Virus record (IMG/VR): IMGVR_UViG_2574179762_000001
Span: 1 to 64,000 of that record
Reading direction: 5' to 3' (one strand)
Source of the DNA: a virus
Lineage: Duplodnaviria > Caudoviricetes
Length of the DNA: 64,000 nucleotides
Position numbers and translations under genes: made by a program. Within the stretch, counting starts at the first letter, position 1, and each line of letters begins with the position of its first letter. The notes beneath the pieces were generated by a model. That model was not told the origin of the DNA, did no database searches, and saw only the letters and a program-made list of their open reading frames with translations. Shown piece by piece: positions 1 to 9,376 of this stretch.

Positions 1-552
1 TCATCCGAACGGTCGAGCCTGCCGGAGTTGCTGGGATCCCTCTCCTGGCTTCGCCCCACCCGTCAGGGCGTCGTATGACCGCTCGCAGGCTTGGCCGGCG
101 ATACGGGCTGAGTCCGCGTACCCAGCAAGTTCTCCCGCTCGGCGGTCAAGCCGGCTGAACATGTTGGCAAGCACATCGAGGGGATCGCCGGCTGCCGAGC
201 CTGTGCCGGCAGCGGCGGTATTGCCGGCGCGGGCGGCCGCGATGAGCTGGGCAACTCGTATGCGCAGCCGCTCAGCAGCAGCATCAGCGTCGCGAGCATC
301 GGCCCGCGCAGATTCAGCTTCCTTCGTTGCAGCATTGGCAATCTCCGTCTGCGCCGCGGTGCGGCGTTGCTCTTCGGCGCGCGCGAGATCGGCGGCCTTG
401 ATCTGGTCAAGCGCCGCGGACAATGCGGCCTTCGTACGCGCGGCTTCGTAATGCTTGGCGTCTGCTCTGGACTGGACGAGCCGGCCGCCGCCGAAAGCGA
501 GCGCAAGCGCCATGATGGCGGCAAGCCAGAGACGCGAATCCAGTATGCTCAT
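1..552 (-). CDS. DUF2514-like Rz i-spanin
   Basis: N-terminal TM, coiled coil, C-terminal AGQACERSYDAL; close paralog of 61933-62475. Confidence 0.8.
   Translation of the reverse strand: MSILDSRLWLAAIMALALAFGGGRLVQSRADAKHYEAARTKAALSAALDQIKAADLARAEEQRRTAAQTEIANAATKEAESARADARDADAAAERLRIRVAQLIAAARAGNTAAAGTGSAAGDPLDVLANMFSRLDRRAGELAGYADSARIAGQACERSYDALTGGAKPGEGSQQLRQARPFG
63..335 (-). CDS. Rz1-like o-spanin lipoprotein nested in Rz
   Basis: Alternate frame inside Rz; lipobox LSGC followed by Pro-rich mature part; conserved in the element C copy. Confidence 0.7.
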   Translation of the reverse strand: MLQRRKLNLRGPMLATLMLLLSGCAYELPSSSRPPAPAIPPLPAQARQPAIPSMCLPTCSAGLTAERENLLGTRTQPVSPAKPASGHTTP

Positions 553-633
553 GTGGCCTTCCTCCCTTCGCAGAACGCTCGGGCTATTTGGCGCCGCGCC
601 ACAAGCCCACGCACCACCTTGCCTTTGACGTTG
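549..633 (-). pseudogene. C-terminal stump of lysozyme (endolysin)
   Basis: Nearly identical to the 3' end of endolysin 62840-63316 (NVKGKVVRGLVARRQIARAFCEGR); similarity stops at about 633. Confidence 0.8.
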
Positions 634-675
634 CCCTCACCGCCGCTCTGGCGGTGGCTCAGTAAGGAGCCGGCC

Positions 676-819
676 ATGGATACCGCCCTGCCCGCCTACC
701 CCGTCGTCTATACGCTGCTCGGCTGCCGCTGCGTCACGCGCTTCGAAAAGCTGACCGACGCCGTCTCCTTCGCCGTCCGCGCTGAGATCGACGGCTGCAC
801 TGACATTTCTGTGCACTGA
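676..819 (+). CDS. small hypothetical phage protein
   Basis: AAGGAG RBS before ATG; 47 aa. Confidence 0.45.
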   Translation: MDTALPAYPVVYTLLGCRCVTRFEKLTDAVSFAVRAEIDGCTDISVH

Positions 820-830
820 GGAGCCCCGCC

Positions 831-1178
831 ATGGACCACCAACAGGCCCGGGCAGACATCGCCGCCCAGCTCGCGCACGGCCAGGTCGAATCCTTCTGCG
901 AAGGCGACGACGCCATCCGCCACCTCAGCAAGCTCTTCATCGTGCGGAACACCCGCCGCGGCGCCGGCGAGTCCGATGCCGCCTATGCAGTCCGCGTCGG
1001 CTCCTTGCTGACAGACATGCTCGACGCGATCGGCCAGGTGCTGATCGGCGCCAACGTCAAGCACCTCCTGGCGGACGCCGCGGAGAAGCCCATGATCTGC
1101 GCAACCCGTGAAGCCTCCCTGCTGGCTGTCAGCAGGGAGGTGGCCCGCGACGTGCTGCTTGCGCGAGGTGTGGCATGA
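831..1178 (+). CDS. hypothetical phage early protein
   Basis: GAGGAG RBS; ATGA overlap with next gene. Confidence 0.6.
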   Translation: MDHQQARADIAAQLAHGQVESFCEGDDAIRHLSKLFIVRNTRRGAGESDAAYAVRVGSLLTDMLDAIGQVLIGANVKHLLADAAEKPMICATREASLLAVSREVARDVLLARGVA

Positions 1179-1602
1179 CTCGCCGTATCGCCCCCCTGGA
1201 CATCTGGAAGCTCCCCCTGCGCCAGCAGGCGCTGAAGTTCGAGGAACTTCGTCACGCGGCGCGACTGCGTGAGCTAAAGAAGATCGACGCGCAACTGGCG
1301 CTGCTCGAGGTAAAGCACGCCGCCATTAAGGCGGCCGGCTACACCATTTCGGGCGCCGAGATCGATGCCGACCTCTGCGCGGAGGCCTCCATTTCATGCC
1401 GCATGCCATCGTGAAATCGACTGCCGACGCCTACCGCGCGCTTATCGCAGTAGGTTTCAAGCTGGTCGACCGCGGTGAAGGCGGGTACCGCATCGTGCGC
1501 TTGCAGAAGGGGCGCCTCAAGGTCTCGATGGGCATGACGTGCGAACTGTCCGCCAGGCCATTGCGGCCAGCGGCGGCTCCCACTCGAAGTCTTCGGGCTT
1601 AG
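1175..1602 (+). pseudogene. hypothetical phage protein, probably frameshifted near 1380-1400
   Basis: Overlapping ORFs 1175-1414 and 1396-1602 read as one protein. Confidence 0.4.
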
Positions 1603-1801
1603 CGCGACCAGATCGGATCTCTTCCTCTACCCAGGCGTCGTACTCGGCCATCTCCTGCTCGAGCGTGGGCTTGCCTTGGGCGATGCGGATGGCATTGGCG
1701 GTATCCATGAAGGTGCGCAGGTCATTTGCCAGCGCGGCGACCTGGACGGCGGCGCCGGTACCGAGCTCGACTTCGAGCTTCTTATCAAAAAACTTGGTCA
1801 T
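1517..1801 (-). CDS. hypothetical protein opposite to the early operon
   Basis: Protein-like acidic ORF; 3' end overlaps the convergent ORF. Confidence 0.4.
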   Translation of the reverse strand: MTKFFDKKLEVELGTGAAVQVAALANDLRTFMDTANAIRIAQGKPTLEQEMAEYDAWVEEEIRSGRAKPEDFEWEPPLAAMAWRTVRTSCPSRP

Positions 1802-1845
1802 GGGCGCCATATCGGCGGCCTGCCGGAAACCTTGAGCGTGATCCA

Positions 1846-2451
1846 ATGAAAGAACGCCCCATCCTCTTCAGCGGCGCCATGGTGCGCGCCATCCTGGACG
1901 GCCGGAAGACGCAGACACGCCGGGTGGTAAAGGAATCCCATCTCGCTCACACGCGATACGTCCCCGATGGCGCGGGTGATGTGTTCGTCCACGACACCTA
2001 TCGTTGCCCCTACGGCCTTTCCGGCGACCGCCTGTGGGTGCGCGAGACGTGGAGCACGGACTTCGCCAACCACTATCCGCATGACCGCGTCTGGTATGCC
2101 GCCGATGATGACCGCCGCCACGACATTGAAGTGCGCGACGGCGTGCGCGGGATCTACAGCCCAGAGAGCGGCGTGCATGTCCCATTCCGCTGGCGGCCGA
2201 GCATCCACATGCCGCGCTGGGCCTGCCGCATCGAGCTGGAGATCACCGGCGTGCGCGGCGAGCGGCTGAACGACTGCAGCGAGGAAGACGCGCTTGCAGA
2301 AGGCGTGACGCTGCAGCCGTGCCATCCGAGGCACGCCGAGCGCATGGGGCGCGATGCCTACGAGAAGCTGTGGGACAGCATCAACGGCGCCGGCGCCTGG
2401 GATGCCAACCCATGGGTGTGGGTGGTGGAGTTTTGGAGGGTTCAGCGTTGA
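1846..2451 (+). CDS. ASCH-like phage protein
   Basis: MKERPILFSGAMVRAILDGRKTQTRR, GDRLWVRETW, WRPSIHMPRWACRI, NPWVWVVEF motifs. Confidence 0.85.
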   Translation: MKERPILFSGAMVRAILDGRKTQTRRVVKESHLAHTRYVPDGAGDVFVHDTYRCPYGLSGDRLWVRETWSTDFANHYPHDRVWYAADDDRRHDIEVRDGVRGIYSPESGVHVPFRWRPSIHMPRWACRIELEITGVRGERLNDCSEEDALAEGVTLQPCHPRHAERMGRDAYEKLWDSINGAGAWDANPWVWVVEFWRVQR

Positions 2452-2645
2452 TCATCGACCCACGCTTTCGCCCATGCGATGCCTGCCGCGACGGCAAAGT
2501 CGAACGTTGCGTAGTAGCCCAGAGGCTCAGACGCCTCCAGAACGAGATGGTCCTGTTGCACGGTGCCAAAGGCTTCGAACGAACCATCCGACAATTGCTT
2601 CGCAAAGCCACGAACTGTGTAGTCCTTGTAGCTCTCAATGCCCAT
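2442..2645 (-). CDS. small hypothetical protein (67 aa)
   Basis: GGGGG RBS-like run before ATG; protein-like composition. Confidence 0.55.
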   Translation of the reverse strand: MGIESYKDYTVRGFAKQLSDGSFEAFGTVQQDHLVLEASEPLGYYATFDFAVAAGIAWAKAWVDDQR

Positions 2646-2674
2646 GGTAGCCCCCTGTTTCGGAGGATCGTAGC

Positions 2675-3131
2675 ATGATCGATTCCATCATCAAGCCCAA
2701 GCGCCCCGCCGGCCCTGGCTGGATTCGCGAGACGGGACAGGAAATCGAAGCTATCATGCGCGCCGCTGCGATGGGCTTCGCCTGCGAGGCCTGGGGGCAC
2801 CCTGAATCCGGCATTGCCACGTTCAGCGCGGTCGAGGTGGGCGCAGGATCCCGGTCAGCCTGTGCTCGGCCCCGAATACCACCTGAGCATCAGCAAGAAC
2901 GATGGCCGCGGCGGGTCGCGACGCACTACCAGTGCCGAGGCCCTATGGTGCTTGGCGCAATTCGACCTGATCGACGCCAAGGAAGACAATCACGTGCCTC
3001 ACGGTCTGGTGCGCAATTTCTGGCGGCCGGTGGCCGATAGCCTGTCTGGCTATGAATGCCCGTGCGCCGACGACGAGCCGGCCATGCGGGAGGACCTGGG
3101 CGACTATGTCTGGCGCGGGGTGACGAAATGA
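2675..3131 (+). pseudogene. hypothetical phage protein with frameshift near 2840
   Basis: ORFs 2675-3040 and 2814-3131 join if one G is removed from GGG at 2839-2841. Confidence 0.6.
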
Positions 3132-3376
3132 ACGGCCTCGGCGTCGGCACCTATCTCACGATGACAGAGCTCGCGGAGCTGGTCGGCTGCCAGCCGACCA
3201 GCCACAGCTGCATGAAGCGCTGGCTCAAGAAGCACGGCTGGCCCTTCGCAGTGAATATTGCCGGGGTGCCTCAGGTGAGCCGCGCATACCACGCGGCCCG
3301 CATGACCGGGGCCGCCAACCAGAGCGCCAACGATGGCGCCGAAGACGAACCAAACTTTGAAGCACTGCTCGCATGA
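3128..3376 (+). CDS. DUF4224-type excisionase-like protein
   Basis: YLTMTELAELVG...RWL...GVPQVSR; ATGA-coupled to integrase. Confidence 0.75.
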   Translation: MNGLGVGTYLTMTELAELVGCQPTSHSCMKRWLKKHGWPFAVNIAGVPQVSRAYHAARMTGAANQSANDGAEDEPNFEALLA

Positions 3377-4470
3377 TTTCCCGCCGCAAGACTCCTGATG
3401 GCCTGCCGTTTCGCTTGTACCGGCGCGAGGGGAAATTCAAGGTCAGCTACGGGTACAAGCTTCCGAACGGAACGTGGGCATTCCGCCTGGCCGCTCAGCG
3501 CAACAACCCCGATGCTGTTGCCGAGATCGACCAGGAAGCGCGCCGGCGCGCCGATGAACTGAACGGCAACTTCGTGCTGGCGGGAACCACCGAAGCCCTG
3601 ATCAACGAGTACTTCAAATGGCAAACCCGTCTGCCCGCTGACAGCGAAATGCGAAAGGCGGACATCACGCTGACCGAAAATCGCGTTGAGGCCAAAAACC
3701 TGATCAAGGTGTTCGGCAAGGTCAAGCCTGCGTCGATCAAGCCCCACCACATCTACCGGTATCTGGATCGGCGAGCCGAGCTCGGTGCTCCGGCCAAGGC
3801 CAACAAAGAGATCGCCCTGCTGTCTGCTGTGCTCGAGTACGGGCGCCGCTTGGGTGAGCTGCAGATCAACCCCTGCCGCGGCATCAAGTACAACCCAACT
3901 CGGCCACGGCAAAAGTATGTCCAGCCTCATGAGATCGCTCTCGCGCTAGAGATTGGCCGGGCCCGCGGCGGCAGCTACCTGGTACTCGCGCTCTGCGTGC
4001 ACGTGGCCTACCTGACTGTCAGCCGACCGGAAGAGATGCGCACCCTTGTTAGGCAGTCCTCGACCGAAGAGGGTCTCGTGGTTCCCGTTGGCAAGCGAAA
4101 GGGCGGCCAGATCCAGCGCACGAAGCTCGTCCGCTGGTCGCCCGCTCTGCGGAGCGCCGTGAACGAGGCTCTGGCCCTGCAGCGCACGGCGAGCGTCTAT
4201 GTGTTCGGCAATACGTCGGAACAGGTGTACAGCCGCAGCGGCTGGAACACGATCTGGAAGCGGCTGATGGGCTACTGCCAGGCAGTTGCCACTGAGCGCG
4301 AAATTGAGTTCAGCCCGTTCACACTGGCCGACATGAGGCCCAGTGCCGTTACTGACCGGATGGAGGAAGGCGACGACCGCATCACGGACGCCACCGGTCA
4401 CGCGGACGGAAAGATGGTGGCCAAGGTCTACGACCGGCGGCGCGTTCGCAAGGTGCGCCCTACGGCCTGA
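3373..4470 (+). CDS. int: tyrosine recombinase/integrase (element A)
   Basis: SRPEE (R), ADMR, GH...Y motifs; adjacent to att. Confidence 0.9.
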   Translation: MISRRKTPDGLPFRLYRREGKFKVSYGYKLPNGTWAFRLAAQRNNPDAVAEIDQEARRRADELNGNFVLAGTTEALINEYFKWQTRLPADSEMRKADITLTENRVEAKNLIKVFGKVKPASIKPHHIYRYLDRRAELGAPAKANKEIALLSAVLEYGRRLGELQINPCRGIKYNPTRPRQKYVQPHEIALALEIGRARGGSYLVLALCVHVAYLTVSRPEEMRTLVRQSSTEEGLVVPVGKRKGGQIQRTKLVRWSPALRSAVNEALALQRTASVYVFGNTSEQVYSRSGWNTIWKRLMGYCQAVATEREIEFSPFTLADMRPSAVTDRMEEGDDRITDATGHADGKMVAKVYDRRRVRKVRPTA

Positions 4471-4486
4471 CAGGTTCGCCGGAAAC

Positions 4487-4514
4487 GAAAAAGCCCACCG
4501 CAGCGGGTGGGCCT
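4487..4514 (-). terminator. intrinsic terminator hairpin
   Basis: GCCCACC...GGTGGGC stem with U-tract on the minus strand. Confidence 0.6.
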
Positions 4515-4601
4515 TCAAAAATCAAGTTCCAAAAATTGGAAGATCATCTTCCAAAAATCCGGCTAAGTCAGTGGGCCTTAACCTTGGAACCTAATGAATA
4601 C

Positions 4602-4650
4602 TTGGGGTGGCTGATGGGACTCGAACCCACGACGACAGGAATCACAATCC
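4602..4650 (-). repeat. att core, 3' half of tRNA-His(GTG), A/B junction
   Basis: Reverse complement GGATTGTGATTCC...GGTTCGAGTCCCATCAGCCACCCCA; identical to 60104-60152; tRNA 5' half absent. Confidence 0.92.
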
Positions 4651-4835
4651 CGGCATCAATCGCCATTTTTCCCTTTAAAATCAAAACCTTTTCCCTCATT
4701 TTTTCCCACGAGAGCTAGATTTTTCACAAGCAGTCATGCGGGTCTGAGGGGTGCCGTGGGAAAAATTGTACCCCGCGCGAGCGCCATGCGCCACCTCAAT
4801 TTCTGGCGCGCGGTGGAGCTTGCTGGGTTACGATA

Positions 4836-4851
4836 CTGTATATTTATACAG
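4836..4851. promoter_or_regulatory. LexA (SOS) box
   Basis: CTGTATATTTATACAG fits CTGT-N8-ACAG and overlaps a TACAGT -10. Confidence 0.85.
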
Positions 4852-4860
4852 TATCCGTCC

Positions 4861-5199
4861 ATGCCAGACTTCCCTGTCGGCCCTGACGGTCGGTACCAGA
4901 TCCCCAAGCTGACAGCCGCCCAGCTGCGGGCCTTCTTCTTCCGAAGGCCGTGCCCGGAAGTGCGCGATTTGCTGTGGGAGATCCACCGGCTGCGCCTCCT
5001 GCTGCTCCGCGCCAACCAGTTGCAAGAGGCGATGACGGGCGCGAACGCACCCACGACTCAGTTCATTCTTGACATCTTTCGACGTGAGATCGAGGGCGAG
5101 CCGTGCATAAAGGAGCGTCAGGCCTGGGATCTGGAGTTCTTTGGGCCGCGCCGGGTGAGCGAATACACTCGACGGCAGAAGGAGCCTGGCGATGGGTGA
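4861..5199 (+). CDS. SOS-regulated hypothetical protein
   Basis: ATG 9 nt after LexA box; EVRDLLWEIHRLR helix. Confidence 0.65.
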   Translation: MPDFPVGPDGRYQIPKLTAAQLRAFFFRRPCPEVRDLLWEIHRLRLLLLRANQLQEAMTGANAPTTQFILDIFRREIEGEPCIKERQAWDLEFFGPRRVSEYTRRQKEPGDG

Positions 5200-5818
5200 T
5201 GCCCCTCTATCCTTGCGCGATGTCGAGCCGATGCTGGCCGAGGACCGCAAACTCCTGCCGACCCTCGGGAGCTGGCACTACGAGATCAAATATGACGGCT
5301 ATCGAATGCTGGCGGGCACCTCGCCCCGGGCGCTGAAGACGCGCAACGGTGCCGATGCGACGACCTGGTTCCCGGAAGTGGTCTCAGCCTTGTCCGCGCT
5401 ACCGTTGGGCGCCCACATCCTCGATGGCGAGGTTTGCGTGCTGGATGACATCGGGCGATTTGACTTCAATCGTCTGCACACCCGCGCGCGGCGCCGCGGC
5501 TGGTATCCCGGCGCGGATCCGGTGGTCTACTGCGTCTTCGATCTGCTGGTCTATCGCGGGAAGGACATCCGAGGCGAGCCTATCGAGGCGCGCAAGCGGC
5601 GGCTGGCCCAGCTATTGAGCGGACAGCCAGATGGCGTCCTGTTTGTGCAGAGCGAGGAGGATGGGGCTTGGCTCTATCAGTGCGCGCTGGATTTACGTCT
5701 GGAGGGCGTGGTGGCCAAGCGCGCCGTCAGTGAGTACGCCGCGGGACGGTCGTCGAATTGGCTCAAGATCAAGCGGCCCGGCGCTGTCCTGGCGGCCAAG
5801 TTTCACCGGGAGCCGTAA
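5192..5818 (+). CDS. ATP-dependent DNA ligase adenylation domain (LigD-like, no OB domain)
   Basis: EIKYDGYR, LDGEV, FDLL, EGVVAKR, WLKIK motifs. Confidence 0.85.
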   Translation: MGDAPLSLRDVEPMLAEDRKLLPTLGSWHYEIKYDGYRMLAGTSPRALKTRNGADATTWFPEVVSALSALPLGAHILDGEVCVLDDIGRFDFNRLHTRARRRGWYPGADPVVYCVFDLLVYRGKDIRGEPIEARKRRLAQLLSGQPDGVLFVQSEEDGAWLYQCALDLRLEGVVAKRAVSEYAAGRSSNWLKIKRPGAVLAAKFHREP

Positions 5819-5894
5819 GGTCGCGGCTCATGGGGTGCGCTCCTGCGCCCTTCCCCCCGAAGGGACTGTAGACTTTGCCAAGACAGGAGGCACC

Positions 5895-6191
5895 ATGTGC
5901 ACGAACTACGCCCCAGTGCAGCGCCTGGTCCTGCGGGACATCTTCGGCGTCGAGCCGCCGGCAGCCGAGTGGAAGCCAGAGACCTGGCCGGACTATGCCA
6001 CGCCGATCGTGCGCGCCGATGGTGATGGCCGGCGCGACAGCGTCCTGGCCGCCTTCGGCATGATCCCCCGCGACCGCTGGCCTGAGAACGTTCGCCCCTT
6101 CGCGACCATGAACGCCCGCTCGGAGACAGTTGGCGAGAAGCGCAGCTTCAGCGGGCCGTGGAAGAATGGCCAGCTCTGCCTGGTGCCGGCC
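5895..6191 (+). pseudogene. SRAP (YedK/HMCES) abasic-site protein, 5' part
   Basis: AGGAGG RBS, MCTNY with catalytic Cys2, MNARSET, CLVPA; interrupted by insertion. Confidence 0.88.
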
Positions 6192-6695
6192 TACCGGCGA
6201 GTTGCCATGGCATGGACATCCAAAATTCGCAGTGCTGGCGCGGCCTTGATCTGAAATGACGCTGTCCATAGCGCCATCGGTTTTTGCAGGGGGATTCCAT
6301 GATGGCGTCCATACCTCAAGGTCCTTCGCGCGCTGGCGCTGACTTCGCGGGCGGCGTTCGCCACGGCCAGCCTGTAGCACGCTTGGACAATCGGCGCGAG
6401 CAACTCGACCGTGCCGACTGTGAGCGCGGACAATGCCTTGAACAAGATCCCCGCTCGGCGCGCAGGCCCAAGCCGGCCGAGACCGGCCAGTTTCCGACAC
6501 TCGCCGGCATAGCCCCCCGCCCACACGCCGATGGCTGTTACGCCGCGGCAGCGGACAAAAGTCTTCCAACCGGCGCAACCTGGCACGTGCACACCGCGGT
6601 CGCTTTCGAGATGGAAAATGAAATCTCGAAGATTCCGCTTGCAATCTCATGTGGAGTTCCGTAGACTGCATTCACTCGAACAACGAAGAAGAAAA

Positions 6696-7139
6696 ATGAA
6701 CGACCTAGATGCGAGGGAAGGCTTTGCCTTCGAATGCCACATTCGGGATTTTTACGCAGCAAACCTGAAGCGCTATAAACCAGGACATTTGGTTTCCCAA
6801 CGGGAAGTAACGTATAAGACGAGCAGGATAAGAGCAGATCTGCGTACTGTGGATCAGCACGACGTTATCTTCGAATGGGAATTCAAAATTGAAGCCGATT
6901 ACAGTTCGATTGGACAAATAATGGCGTATACGGCTCACGCCAAAGTTGAGTTCAATTTCAATAGAACGGTGCGCTCAGTTATCGCGGCGTTCGAGTTCCC
7001 GGATGAAATTCGAATGGCAATTGAGGTGAATAACCTTGGAATTGAGATGGTCCGTTTACCGGGGGCGATAAGGAACGCAGGACACGTCCCATCTCTGTTG
7101 ACCAACCCGGCAGTGCTTGAAATACCAAGTCTGAAATAA
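6696..7139 (+). CDS. NucS-like PD-(D/E)XK nuclease
   Basis: E..IRD, REV, RADL, EFK, IGQIMAY pattern. Confidence 0.7.
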   Translation: MNDLDAREGFAFECHIRDFYAANLKRYKPGHLVSQREVTYKTSRIRADLRTVDQHDVIFEWEFKIEADYSSIGQIMAYTAHAKVEFNFNRTVRSVIAAFEFPDEIRMAIEVNNLGIEMVRLPGAIRNAGHVPSLLTNPAVLEIPSLK

Positions 7140-7158
7140 ATTTCGTGGAGTCTTAAAT

Positions 7159-8673
7159 ATGCTCAATATCCCACAAGTCAAGTCGAGCATCATCGAAAAC
7201 GATGAAATTTTCGCGGATCCTGATTATCAAGGCCTTAAAATCGTCCGTGCTCAAACAGATAAGGACGCGAATAAAGCCTATTATGATAATAAGTACGAGT
7301 TCCAACATCAACATGGCGACTACACTGTCGTCCGAGCCACGCTCTGCCGCAAGGGTTATGTCGCGACCGAAGTAGCGGAGAAGCAGAGGATTACCGTAAT
7401 GATCCATCCGTCGCTGAAGTTGTTCACCGAAATTGTCAAATACGATCCAGCAGAGCCGCCTAAAGAAAATTACTATGCGCTTGAAATGCTGGAAGCCCAC
7501 AAGCTCACCCAGAGCGATTTTAAAGGGCAAAAGGCTGCCAACAAGGAGATGTTTAAAACATATATCCTCGAAGGTATTAGTGGGGTTCGCCCAATCTTTT
7601 TGCCGATAATCAGCGGTTGGCAATCGAAGGCGGTATTTTCAAAAACGGTTTTCGTTGCCTTTGATGAAGAAGATCCGAATGCAATGTACGGTACGCTGTA
7701 CCTTCCCAAGTCGCCCGTAATGCAATCTGACGGGCAAACACAAACTGCGGCACTGTTTGCGGTGGCAAACACAGCAGATGCGATCGAAAAGAGTGCACTC
7801 GATCGACTGTCCCTGACACTTGAAATCGAATTGAATGTCGATGCGCGCAAGGCCGGGCAAAGTTTTGCAGATCGGAATGGGCGTGGATCCAAGAAAAATC
7901 GAAATCTCGTAATTGGCTTGAATACTGCTGAGCCGATTAGCGACCTGCGACTGCGTGCGACGAAGGATACAGTTTTCGAAAACCGCATCGCGGATGGGCG
8001 AACGACCGGCACATCGGAAACGGCAACCACGAATATCGTAGACCTGAGCACGATGGAGCAAATGCTCCTCGGGGCACTTACCAACAATCGGTTCAAGCCC
8101 GAGCAACTGAAACATTACCACGTCGAACCTTTGTTACCATTCGCCCGTGAATTCACTGAGTTGCTCGATGAGGTTTTCGCGTCGCAATGGCCGGCCACAA
8201 CACCTCCCAAACAGGACACATTCCGGCGCCTATACGTTCATGGGTGGCCGTTCGCACTGAAAGCGATTGCATTTGCGTACTTTGAAAGTCGAGCGGACAA
8301 ACTTACCCCCATCCTTGCCGCAATGACTGTTAAGAATGCGCTCAAATCTCAGGAGGTTGTGTTTGCGGAGGCCTTGGCGGCAGCTGAAAACCCAGAGAAA
8401 GAGCCGGTCATTTCATTTGAAGAACTTAAGAAGCGGTTGCTGGCTATCGACTGGCTCCGGTACCGCAGGCACTGGATTAATATTACCAATTCAAATGTTG
8501 ACAAATCAGGCAACCGAAAGACGTTTGTGCTCAAGAGTACCGGCGAACGTAAGGTCGTGGGCTTGGCTCCAAATACAGCTGCGAACATCGCCACTGTGAA
8601 GAATAAGATCATCTCTGATAAGTGGATCGAACTGACCGGAAGCGATGACGCGCCTATTGCCGTAAAGAAATAA
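7159..8673 (+). CDS. DndB/DGQHR-like domain protein (DGQTQ variant)
   Basis: PIFLPII...SDGQTQTAAL...QSFADRN resembles the DndB family core. Confidence 0.7.
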   Translation: MLNIPQVKSSIIENDEIFADPDYQGLKIVRAQTDKDANKAYYDNKYEFQHQHGDYTVVRATLCRKGYVATEVAEKQRITVMIHPSLKLFTEIVKYDPAEPPKENYYALEMLEAHKLTQSDFKGQKAANKEMFKTYILEGISGVRPIFLPIISGWQSKAVFSKTVFVAFDEEDPNAMYGTLYLPKSPVMQSDGQTQTAALFAVANTADAIEKSALDRLSLTLEIELNVDARKAGQSFADRNGRGSKKNRNLVIGLNTAEPISDLRLRATKDTVFENRIADGRTTGTSETATTNIVDLSTMEQMLLGALTNNRFKPEQLKHYHVEPLLPFAREFTELLDEVFASQWPATTPPKQDTFRRLYVHGWPFALKAIAFAYFESRADKLTPILAAMTVKNALKSQEVVFAEALAAAENPEKEPVISFEELKKRLLAIDWLRYRRHWINITNSNVDKSGNRKTFVLKSTGERKVVGLAPNTAANIATVKNKIISDKWIELTGSDDAPIAVKK

Positions 8674-9028
8674 CGTTGGCGCTTTGCGCAGGTGCTCGAA
8701 TAGATGGCCGCCCCTCACCGGGGGGCATCTATTCAGCGTGCGATCACTTCCTCCAGCGACGTGCCAATGGCATCTATTTGGAGGGCAAGCGGGACGACAA
8801 TGCTCACGTCGGTTTTCGCGCGTGAGCACGGATGCGCCGCCACTGCTGAAGGATCGCTCCCAGCGTCCGATTGCTGCACTGAAGCTGTCACATAAAGTGA
8901 GCCATTTCGAATGACGGTAGTGGGTCGGCAAGAGCCTGTCGGGGGATCTAACTCCATCCATCCCTGATGTCCATACGTTGTACCTTGAGGTGTGCGCGTC
9001 CATGGGCTGCACCTTACCGTTACCGGCC

Positions 9029-9376
9029 ACGGCCGTCTACGAGCCGAACTACGAGGCCGGGCCCAAGTCCACGCGGTACAAAATCTGGCTGCCGGGAGAG
9101 CCGGCGTTTGGGATTGCCGGCTTGTGGAGGGATTGGCCGGATGGAACCTACTCGTTCACCATGCTGACGGTGAACGCGGACAAGCACCCGCTGATGAACC
9201 GGATGCACGCCCCAGGCAAGGAGAAGCGGTCGGTCGTGATCGTGCCGCGCGGGGAATGGGATGACTGGCTGACATGCCGGGATCCGGAGCGGGCGCGCAG
9301 CTTCATGCAGCCCTATCCTGCTACGCTAATGGATGCCGCCCCAGCCCTGAGAAGTCCAATCAGAAAGGAAAATTAA
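9029..9376 (+). pseudogene. SRAP, 3' part
   Basis: YEPNY, IAGLW, FTMLT, RMH, RSVVIV motifs. Confidence 0.88.

Larger units (their letters stand above)
1..4650. mobile_element. Prophage remnant A (right part; large internal deletion), ends at tRNA-His-derived att
   Basis: Spanin pair and endolysin stump joined to early genes, DUF4224 xis, tyrosine integrase and att core. Confidence 0.8.
6192..9028. mobile_element. Transposase-free two-gene insertion within SRAP gene
   Basis: CCGGCC at 6186-6191 and 9023-9028; removal restores LVPATAVYEP in frame; visibly AT-richer. Confidence 0.8.

Noticed and set aside
4602-4650. Intact tRNA-His gene (also 60104-60152)
   Set aside because: Only anticodon arm to CCA is present; D-arm and 5' acceptor strand are missing in both copies, so these are att cores.
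1-4650. Phage satellite (PICI/P4-like)
   Set aside because: No primase, AlpA or capsid-size genes seen; the truncated endolysin junction points to a deleted prophage.
5192-5818. Complete NHEJ system
   Set aside because: No Ku, polymerase or phosphoesterase domains nearby.
6696-8673. Dnd phosphorothioation system
   Set aside because: Only a DndB-like gene; no dndA/C/D/E. The PAPS-reductase-like stump at 58336 is about 50 kb away and truncated.
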